Part shown: piece after piece, positions 12,945 to 23,700 of the stretch | How positions within the stretch are numbered: the stretch's first letter is position 1 | How the letters are laid out: every line of letters starts with the position of its first letter | Origin: Phoronis australis | Lineage: Eukaryota; Animalia; Phoronida | Length of the DNA: 64,000 bases | Direction of reading: 5' to 3' | NCBI GenBank assembly: GCA_002633005.1 | Contig: NMRA01000081.1 | Location: forward strand, 375,625 to 439,624 | Position numbers and translations under genes: made by a program | The notes under the pieces: generated by a model | Told to the model about the DNA's origin: nothing | Seen by the model: the letters and a program-made list of their open reading frames with translations, nothing else | Databases searched by the model: none

Positions 12945-15199
12945 AAATATTTATTTTACATCGGTATAGGAAAATTCAAAACAAGAAAAACATTAGCACA
13001 AGTGCTAGTCACCGATGAAATATGATGAGTACATACAAAGATGCAGCAGATGAGATATGTACTACGAAGCAGGCAGGCAATGACAGTGAGTGCAGCTCTG
13101 GCAGGTACATTCTTGTTTCAAAAAACTTGACAGTCTACTGATGAAAGTTCAACAACTCCCTGTTGTTTAATCGAGTTTGTCCCATAAATTGTCGTATTGG
13201 GCCTTATAACCGTCAATAGGTTTCCCCCTGACATTGTAGGCCATCTTCCGAATAATGAAACATTGCAATGGGCAAGGACTAATACCGTTTACACGGAAAA
13301 GATTTGCTTGCAGGGTAAGCGGAAAGTTGTGCTATAATAATAATAATTCCTGTCTAGCAGTTGCCACAATGTAATTTTTTTCTAATTTCAGTAAAATTAT
13401 CAAATAAATTCTACCACGACTTCACTACACTTAGTTGTTTTTCAATTAGTTAAAATTTACAAATATCATTTGCTTGTCTTTATGTCTTATTGGGAAAATA
13501 TGATACTTTGGAAACGAAAAATTATGGCATTTTATAGGCTACGGTACATGTATATACAATTTAATTTATGATATCCGTGTGGCGCCCACTAGTCCATGCA
13601 ATCGACTAGAGAAACGAACGACACACGAAGCCTCACAAATAACAGCATTTTTCAAATTGTTCCAGCATTTTGCCATAGACAAAAATACCAGGCACCACTG
13701 ACGGCCAGCCATGATGATAGTCATCTCTAATCTTACAAACATATATTACTCTTAAGACCTACGCTGGCTTTTCACTTACGAATTTTGGGTTTGTAATTAG
13801 ACACGTCTTAGTTAAAGCTTGTTGAATCTCGGTTTCTTATCCGACAGTAAGTCTATAATAAACAAAAAACATTCTTTGATATTGGAACATTCTCTCACTT
13901 GGTAGTCCAATCACACTTTCGAAGGCATGTTGCATCAAGGTCGGTGTTCGTCTGTTTCTGTATGACGTTGTTCTGCACGGTTGAAAAACACCAGGTTTTG
14001 CAACAGATTTCCCGCCAAGTATCTACGAATTTAAAATGGCGTGGACCCAGTCGCTTGAGTTATTAGAACCATTTAAGGGTCATCATTTAAAACAAACAAA
14101 TACAAATTGCTTTTCGAAATGTGAGAAAATATAGCAAATATCTTTGACCCGTTAAAGTGTGACCCCAAGTCTTTGCTGGACAACTAAACTCGACCATTGA
14201 TGATATTACCACGTGTGGTATCTTAACCAGGCACATGGAATATATTTTTAAGAGTGATCACTGCAACCTCAGTCTCGTTTTGTGAATTTTAGCAGCTATA
14301 TAATGCCGCGAGAATAGAATAGGGTTGAATTTGCACTCTGGAGGCCTGTGGTACTTTTAGGGGTGGTCCGTTTCTGGAAAATATCGCTGCATAATCTACA
14401 CGCACTTGAAAATAGTCACTTTCCATAGAGCACCTCTAGAAAACTTGTTTTACATATTTTCTTATTATTTTTTTCAATTTTCTCAATTTAAAAAACAAAG
14501 AACGTTTTCCACAATAAATGCACATGTACACCCGAAACTCAGGTGATGTCTCAGGACTTCCAATAAGTGTATAACTGCTGCGGATTAAAAAATGATTTAG
14601 GCGTTAGTGAAGCAAAGAGTGTCAGTCTAGTTGTACCTCACCTGATGTAAAATTGGGTAAAGACTACACAGCGCCATGTTTGCTCATACACACGTCTTCT
14701 TATGCATATAAACTATCGCATCCACCAAGGTACCGTGTTGGTCGCTGTTTTCTTAACTTTTGATCAGATGACTTTCATACGGGAAGTGGTGTCCTCAATA
14801 ATACCATAAATTGAAACGCTTCTCTTCACCCAATACTGAGCTCCCGAGTTAGTTTCCTCTTGAGCAGAAATCAATATACCCACTCAGCTTGTCAACTTTT
14901 TGATCGAAACACTCGCCAGTGTTTTTCTGCTTTGTGAAATGACACATCTTCATTTTATACTCTCGGGGGGTCCCGATGGTGAAATCGACTGCTACTCGTT
15001 ATAAAATTATTTATTTTATAATGGGATCCTCTTGGATAAGAGCCAGAGACAATTGTTCTCTTTACTCCGTTAACTAAGTCTGGCATTATGGGACGATGAC
15101 AGCGCGCGGGAGGTTCAATGACGCGATCGCCAAGTATGCTTTCGACTCCTCGCGGGAGAGTGATCAGTATGGCTGCCGAGGCATAACTCTTTCGGAACG

Positions 15200-15467
15200 C
15201 ATGCGCGCACACAGCCTAAAATATAGGGGGGACTCGAATTTTTCGGTATGCGAACCTTTTACTGAAGAAAATCAACGAGGACTAAAAAAATGTTGCCCAC
15301 TAGGTTCAGGCCTACAAATTGTGCATGCGCGCCGAATTCCTGTGGACTTGGTGGACTTCTAGTTCGCTCGGACTTTTTGTTTCATTGAGGCAGACCTTTT
15401 TGCCCAATTCGCCAAACTGGGGGCTCGTTCGAGCCCCCGACCCCCNCCCCCCCCTGGTGCGCCCATG
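15200..15467. mobile_element. Second copy of the CATGCGCGCAC MITE
   Basis: catgcgcgcac ... gtgcgcccatg; collinear with 11300-11575. Confidence 0.7.
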
Positions 15468-18400
15468 CAACCAACAGGCCAACGATTTGCATACCGTGAA
15501 AGTATATCGCGCAAATTATTTTGTACAAATTACGAAATTCTGCAACAATGCCTCATTTCATAAAAGGTTTCACTGGCTTTTTTATACCATTTTCATCCTG
15601 CCGTAAAAGTTTCAGTTCAATTTGTTGTCTTGAACAGTGGATGGATTTGTTTTTATTTGGTTTTAAATCGATTAAATTGAAACTAGACAACTTCTCTCAA
15701 AAAGTCTTAAATTTTTCAGCCAAGATGACGTCATTGGACATTTATTTCAGTTACAGCCAAAGTTGAAATTCAGGCACACATTGTCTATTGATACCGTACA
15801 TTGTGACTAATGAACTCAGAGGTCGGTGAATCATGATCTTGATAATTTAATATTGTAAGGAATTCTTTAAGTCCTCACGTTCATTTTCACTTAATTTTGA
15901 TCCTTGGGGAGACCCAAAGGTCTCGTCGACGTCCCTTTTTGCACTTGATGTCATGATATGTCTGGCCTGCGCCTCATACAGATCGGTTTTAAATCGTCTA
16001 AGATAAAAATACTTTATCATTTACTTACATTGTTCTAGTGGCAGTTTATTTTAAGGAAGATACATTCGTCACAATAGCGTGTGGCATGTTTCGTTGAACC
16101 GTACTCCGTAAATCGTAATGAATCGTATGTTCTGTCACACCATCTTCCACTTTAAAACTGCGGCTGCCCTCATCTCGGTTTCCAAGGTCCGCACCTGGGG
16201 TGACCGCAGCTGGGCCGAAGTAATCTCCTAGCTATGAAAACTTGAAATCTAAAATATTTTTGACATTTACCTCCTACGTAAGTACGGACCCAAGATGATA
16301 GTTGTTAATGAGTCTACATGTGCTAAACGGAGTACACGGTTCAATACGTGTATGAATGTCCGACCCCGGCTACATCTTATTCCGGCTTGGACCCCCGGTC
16401 CCAAATCAGAAAAATAAAGCGAAGCCATGGTTATCGAATTTCATGCGTTTAATAAGTCACTTGCTACGGATATAGCCGTCAACAAATGAACTACAGGGCT
16501 TAGCATCGAACTGGACAGGCCTGTCAACCCATGTATATTTCAAAGCCTGAACAACAAAAATGACCTCTAAAGAGGCACGTGACTGGAACAAAGCGGTACA
16601 TTTTGAGAACCTTGCCACTTTCGCCTCTCTGCCGTTTTTGTACAAGCTTGTTAAATGTTCAAACACTTTGATTGTGCATAATAGCCGAAATTCTATTAGA
16701 GCCTACTATAAGGACGCAGTCATATTTTTACTGGGTCTTAAAATATAGCAAAATAATACACTTAGTTTTATGATGGACGAAATTCATTGCAGTTATAAAT
16801 GAGTGGATAAATAAATACAAAGTATATACAAGCGATTGAAGAACTAATTTTGATGGGTTTAGTGGAAACACTCGAGCTCTCCCTAACTACCCCGGGCCAC
16901 CCTAGAACTTCCCAAGGCATTGTCATTGAAACATGGTAAGGATACAAAAGCCATTTATTGTCGCTGGTGTTTCGTAAGTACATTGTTAATAAACTTGGAT
17001 AACAAACAACGATTTTTGAAATCGTTAAAATCAGATCAGTTGCTTATACATATTATTGCAGTATTACAATTAATTTGGCAAAGTACTTTCATAACACAGG
17101 TTCTAAAAGAAGTCATCGGCAACTCAAGACCTCAGTAGCAACCTAAAACACCAGCTAAAGATGTTGCTGTAAATAAACAAATAATAGTACAACTATGGTT
17201 CCCGCCTGCTGGTGACTCATTTTGAAATCTGAGCCTCAAAGCTGGCATCAGGTGGCGCTGGGTAAACAAAATGAGGATCTAATCAATTTAAGCTAGAAAA
17301 AAAGATCCTGACCCATTTCGGCTGGTATCAGATGACTTTCTTTTTGAAAATATGAACAACTAAAATATACCAGTGACAACACATCGACTACAACCACTTA
17401 TTGGCCATACATACAATACATAACAACAGCAAAGTCAAGCAGATTAATTTCACAAAGAATAGAATGTATAAAACATGCTTGAATATACAAAGAAATGTAC
17501 AAAACAGAAGTCCACACAAAATGAAAATCTACAATATATATATATACATATATATACATATAATAAAGGCAGACTGGATCATACAATATTTATAAAATTT
17601 CAACATTATATGTACAGGAATCAATTTACAAAAAACTAAAATGGCATAGTTACACACTAGTAACACCTGTATCCATGACTATCGCACATCAGACAATAAT
17701 ATACCCCTGAAAAGCCTAGCCTTGGGGACAACTAGAGGCTGTACAAGGCAGTTAGTTCTCAGTGGCCATGCAGAGCCGAAAGACACACAGCCTAATGACC
17801 CTGATCAAACAATGGTCTTTTGTAACTAAAAAGAAAGATTAAGGGATATGCCCCAAATAAACAATATCACTAAGGCAACGAACTTGAATTTTCTGATGTA
17901 CATGCATGCGCAAGACCACGCAATGACAAAAAGCAGACAAGTGTTCAACCTCCACTACTAATGACACTACTATGGCATACATGTAGGCAGCACAACTTAT
18001 GTGAAGGGGAGTGTTAAGGGAGGATAAGACTGGTGATGACAAGATGAGGAAAACTTTGGAAAAGTTTCTGCAACAACACAAAAGTAAAAGTTCATGTCCC
18101 TGACACATGACACCTTGAGTTGGCAAATTTCATTTTACTTTGGTTTTTCGCATATATAACAGGACCATTTCACCAGCACTTTTAAGGAAAGACTGTAAAT
18201 GTGAAGACTTAAGTGAAGCACCAGTATATGCCAGTAAGCCACTGCTGAGTCACAGTGTAAACAATGAAAGTAACCAAGCAAGTGTCACTCAAACAATGTG
18301 CCAAGATTCAAGAGATTACAATTAGAAAACCCAGCCATCTTTGTATATATTCAAATATACGGTCTGTTAGATACATTCAATAAGACATTTGAGATAAATC

Positions 18401-18696
18401 TGTGTATAAACAAGATAATCCTAATTCACAGTAGTATACAACTGCTGGTACGAGAGTAAAATAGAAAAAACAATGCCTTTACAGCAGCTTGTTTTTCTAT
18501 TTTACACAGAAAATTATCAAACAAAATCATTTGAATAAACACTGTAACCTAACAGAGCATTAATATCTGACAGTCCGTTTGAGACTGTATGTCAAAAACA
18601 TAACAAAAACAGATTTTTAACACAAAACAGCCAAATGAGCATTTCCCTACAAAATCAAAAAAAAGATCTTGTAAGTTCAATATCATATTCAAGTTA

Positions 18697-18875
18697 AGTA
18701 CAGATAACCATCAGAGATAGAGAAAAGTACAGATAACTATCAGAGATAGAGAAAAGTACAGATAACCATCAGAGATAGAGAAAAGTACAGATAACCATCA
18801 GAGATAGAGAAAAGTACAGATAACTATCAGAGATAGAGAAAAGTACAGATAACTATCAGAGATAGACAGAAGTAC
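18697..18875. repeat. ~29-bp tandem repeat (agtacagataac(c/t)atcagagatagagaaa), about 6 copies
   Basis: Direct inspection; lies in the probable 3' UTR of the NCF1-like gene. Confidence 0.93.
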
Positions 18876-19533
18876 AAGTAACTAGTAATATGCTACGGCA
18901 AGTCTCCACTTATTTCAAACAAAAATAACGTTTTTCCATTTTTCAAAGCTGGATTACCATGCTGCAGATAATGTAAATTTTACCAAACGTTGTTTTACGT
19001 CACCTACACAGTACTAGCCAAGCTGGTAATAGACTAAACTGTATTTAATATTTTCTTTTTTGGACCAATTTGACGAAACAGTATTTAACTTGTCATCCAT
19101 ATTGTGAAGAGTTACCATAGTAACTGTATACAGAGATGTTTGTTTTATAATTCACCAGTGTTAAGTTGAAGTGCCAAGAAACTCGCAGACCATCGAAGAA
19201 ACTAAATTTTGATTTAGACCACATACTGTTGTAAAATTGGTCTCAAGTTGTTTTTAGTCAGATGAGAAAGTACTTTTGATCTGGCAAAGAACTGAAAGTT
19301 TGTTATTCCACGAGACTATGGTCAGTGAATAAAATGATACAGTGTCAACTTGCATGGTATCAAGCAACAACGGATTGTCAGCTCTTTCAAAGTCCAGAAA
19401 TCAGGCCTATTTGTCTACGGAATAATTTGATATCAATTTCATAACAGCAAGAGATCTAAATCAACACTTTGCTTTTCGTGATGGAAGGAAAGTTTAGTCA
19501 GTTTAACACGTGTTTCTAAATAAAAGAATTCCA

Positions 19534-20742
19534 CTAATTTTTTTGTTCAAACTGAGCAATTCTTGATGCTAAAGTTGCACTTTTAGGTGGTTCAGCTCTA
19601 GGGGAAGGTTTCGGTTTCTCGTTCAAGGTGGCCGGCAAAGTCGAGACTTTCCCTGGACCTAATTTAACCTTCCCAGCAGGACTGTTTGACCGATAAGCTG
19701 CTGTCTGGCCAAATCGTGGGGTGCTAGCTCCATTACTGGGCTTCTTCCCCACAGGTGACTTGACATTTGCAGGAGTGCTTGGACTTTGGTCTTCCTGAAG
19801 AAATCGACTGACAAGTTTCTGATTCAAACATGTTGAAATTTCCGGATCATTGCCACTACGGGCCAGAATTTCTTTCTCGGAATCTTGTTTTCTGAGCTGG
19901 CCCTTGACAGGAGTAGTTTTTCCGTTGCCAACTTTTTTGTTTGCATTTTCAAAAGGTCTCGGCTTTGCTACAGGCTTGACTTCATTTTTCACAGCAGATG
20001 GCTTATTCAAACTGTTTCCATTAGTGTTGGATTTCCATGGTGATTTCTCACCCGTTGACTCACTTTCTTTATCCAACCACAGCTTCTTGACAGCAACAGC
20101 AGTGTTCTTGGTGGGCTCAGATACAGTTTTATTACCAAGATCTTGATTTTTAGAGGGTGCAGTGCTTCTTTCATGGCCGGCTGGAGAAGAATCACTTAAA
20201 CCAAACCCTGATTGGTTCTTTGAAGAAGAATTTGGTAGACTATCGCGTTTTGTAACACCCTTGAATGTACCGCTACCTGACCCACCAACTGTGCCACTTG
20301 CAGACCCCCCAGAACTACTACCGGCACTTCCTTGCCGCTGGAGCGGAGAGCTGGGGTTTTCATTTATTTTATTTTTCAGCCGTTTCACCAAGCCACAAGG
20401 CACGCTCGTCGTGTCTTCAGTCACATTGACAACATACGAGTGTTTAGCATGTGAACTGCCCTCCTCAAAAGGTTCAGCGTCGTCGTACACATCACCCCCA
20501 GCAACGGGTTCGTATTCGCTGTCCGAGTCGCATGGTTTGATCAAGTTGGTGGCATTAAGATAATTATCTTCTGACACACCAGAGTTGCAATACTCCCGTG
20601 CAAGCACTTCTTCATATGGAATCTCCTCATAGATGGAGTCTTTGTTGTTAGCTTCGAGGTATTCTCCCATGTCCGGCACAATATGTCCCTCAAAACCATC
20701 AAAATTCTCATAAAGCGGATCCAAGTGAGATGCATCAGGAAC
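19534..20742 (-). CDS. NCF1: NCF1-like terminal exon (402 aa; acidic Tyr-motif segment, then Ser/Lys/Pro-rich disordered tail)
   Basis: Largest ORF in the window; ttttacag acceptor in phase 0, matching exon 10; ends at TAG. Confidence 0.8.
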   Translation of the reverse strand, partial: VPDASHLDPLYENFDGFEGHIVPDMGEYLEANNKDSIYEEIPYEEVLAREYCNSGVSEDNYLNATNLIKPCDSDSEYEPVAGGDVYDDAEPFEEGSSHAKHSYVVNVTEDTTSVPCGLVKRLKNKINENPSSPLQRQGSAGSSSGGSASGTVGGSGSGTFKGVTKRDSLPNSSSKNQSGFGLSDSSPAGHERSTAPSKNQDLGNKTVSEPTKNTAVAVKKLWLDKESESTGEKSPWKSNTNGNSLNKPSAVKNEVKPVAKPRPFENANKKVGNGKTTPVKGQLRKQDSEKEILARSGNDPEISTCLNQKLVSRFLQEDQSPSTPANVKSPVGKKPSNGASTPRFGQTAAYRSNSPAGKVKLGPGKVSTLPATLNEKPKPSPRAEPPKSATLASRIAQFEQKN

Positions 20743-23700
20743 CTGTAAAATATCTTGATAACTAACAACTGGAATCACAACATATTCAAATACTAAGGAA
20801 CGTTTCCTTTTTTGAAGGCGTTTTCATCAAATTGGCATACTTTGCTTACTATAAAAAGTGCTTTGAACCTGCAAATTTGTTTAACCACATTAATAAAAAT
20901 AACAATTCTTCAAACCGAAGGTGTGACTCTCACCACTGTATTGGTTTTATTACCAGTTTCTGGCATCATTGCTCTTACGAAATACCAAATTGTTCTGTAT
21001 TGAGGCAGGGACTGAAAAGAGCAGGCCTTTAAGCAACACTTATCAGAGCAGATAAATCTGACAACTTACATTGACTTGCTCACTGCACCACAGTTCCCTC
21101 TTGAAGTGTTATTTTACTCATTTTGTTTTTATTTAACTCGACCGAAAAGGTTCAAATCATCTTTTGAGGCAAGTAAAATATGTCAAAGTAAAAAAATGCA
21201 ATAAAAATGTAAAGATCTCCCTTACAAGATCATAGTAAATGTCCTTCCAGAGCTTGCTGTCAAAAACAGTCAACTGATTGTTACCTTCGTAATGTTCTTA
21301 GAATTACACTTCTCATATTGCAACATTTGATATTCTTCTTCAACACACAACGCATAGAAAATAAATCCTTACCATGCATATTAAACATGTTCAACAACAT
21401 TTCGACTTTTGCACTTCATTTGTACACTTTGATATCTATGACAACAACATTCATGTCATTCTTGTGCGACACAAAGTATGAGTAAGATGTTTCTATTTGG
21501 GATAACTTCACTTATCGCAAGCTCCGCCCCCTTGCGAAATGCCGACAAACAAACAATAAGTTTTACCCGGCAACGTGTTGTTTGTCAGGTAAAATGGCGG
21601 CTTAGAAAAGAGGGTGTGTCACGACTGCTGCGTTCTGATTGATCAGTTAAGCCAAAATGTACTTACAGGGGGTTTCTTTCCCCTGTTGACTTTTCTTCTT
21701 GTGCTCATTTTTCTGTAACTTGTAAGGTCTCGTTCCTTCCTTGTAAACTTGCTTGTTGGGTTTTTAATTGTACATCTGAAAGAAAATGCAGAGAGCACGT
21801 CAGTGCTATTCACAATGATGTATTCTAAATCTAGTCTTTCACGAAACACTAAAAAATGGGCCAAAAAAGAAAATAGAATTTTTAGTTTTAAACCTTATCC
21901 TTTACAAGTACAGCACACACTAAAAGTTTCAGACAAAATGACCCACAATTCCCTGTCATGGCAGCTGGGCGGAAGTCAAGTCATTGTCTGAGTAACGTTC
22001 CTTCATGACTGAGAATGACGGGGAATTTACACGAAGTTCGTGAGGTGTCAAAGCCTTTCTGTAATCAGAATTTTGCTGTTACAGGTCATTAACACTGTTT
22101 TTACTGTTACCAGAATTAGACGTCATGACTGGGAAACAATATTTTGACTGATTACTTTGAATTTGTCTTGTACTGTATGATGACTGAGATCAAAAATTCG
22201 ATATCAGTAAGTTGACCATTCTGTTTTTGGGCTTTGTACACTCAAAGAGCCCACAATGCAGTTTCGTTGAGATAACCTGTCCAGGCTCACCTACAGCAAG
22301 TCTTTGTTCACAGATGACATGTGATTACATGCCTATATCCATTAAGCCAATGACACTAAGATACAAGTTGTCAAACAAAACAAGATACTGATCTTCACAA
22401 TTTCAAATCGATGATAATAGCATGATGCAATATATATATATGGACTTATGGCCAAAGCTTTCATCAACGAAATATTGGGGTATGCCATCAAAGTTTGACA
22501 GTAAAAATCTACTTTGCTGCAAAGACCATGCCATTCAGTGCAACTCTGGCTATGGAACTGTGAAAACGAGATGATGCACAGTTTTGATGAGCTTTACCCT
22601 TAGTTACTTTTAACCACACTTTCATATTTGATTTTGACTTTGTGCACACATGACGATGCTTTGTCCAACCATTTACTGAATAGTTTTTGACTCACCGTCT
22701 TGGGGGCGGAGTCTTGTTATGTACTGGTATATCCTCATTGGTTGGTATGGCCAGCCTCTCTTTGACATCAAGGAATGGATTCTCATAGGGTTTCAAGTAA
22801 GTAGATGGGGCATGTCCAACAGTGCCATTATAGCTATGGAATACAAACATCATCAGAGAACATGCCTTCAGGAAAATATTGTCATGAAAACAAAAAAACC
22901 AGGACAAGTATTCATAATGTATTTCCATAGACCATTCCAGCACACTTACTCAAGACAGTTGAAATTTCTGACCAAACTCCAAGTCTTTCTTCAGCAAATG
23001 GTATGCAACACTAACACACGTAAAAGTTTCCATTTTTCACTCCTTTGTTGGACTATTCAAATGGTATCCAAATAGGTATCAGTACTATGTCCAGTTTACA
23101 GTGCTTAAAGTTCCTCAGGATGCATCATAGGTATTTTGCATAGTGTAGGTCAAAATTGTTTGTCCTAAATCCTAGTTATCTTGATTCAAGTCCTCTTGGC
23201 TCAACCTATCTTACTAAAGAGAACATTACCAACTGCTGAGTGATGCTATGATGTGTACTCACTTTATGACCCACCAACCATCTAAGGACTTGTTCATCAC
23301 TTCAACAATGACACCAGCCTCAAATGAAACTTCATCATCGAAACAGGCTTTGTAAGCATTGATGGCAACAAATCTCTCTCCTGAAATGACATCCGGAGAT
23401 TGAAGAAGCTCTATATGTATATATCTCAGAGAGACTACGATTGCCAGTGATTTTTTGACAACGAAATGGAACCTTTCAAAACTGATAGCCAAATAAGTGA
23501 TCCGTAACACTAAAGCAAAAAGAGATATTGCAAAAGGTTACATTTTGATAACATATGACTGCGGTATAAACTTGATTAGTGATGCTACTGGTCCGTCAGT
23601 ATTGTAGTATCCTATTGGTCCATCAGTATTGTGGTGTCCTGTTGGTCCGTCAGTGTCCTGGTGTCCTGTTGGTCCGTCAGTGTCGTGATGTCCTGTTGGT

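Noticed and set aside
18697-18875. CRISPR-sized ~29-bp repeats
   Set aside because: Contiguous tandem copies without spacers.
19850-20563. Plus-strand ORFs of 98 and 133 aa
   Set aside because: Antisense shadows of the NCF1-like terminal exon.
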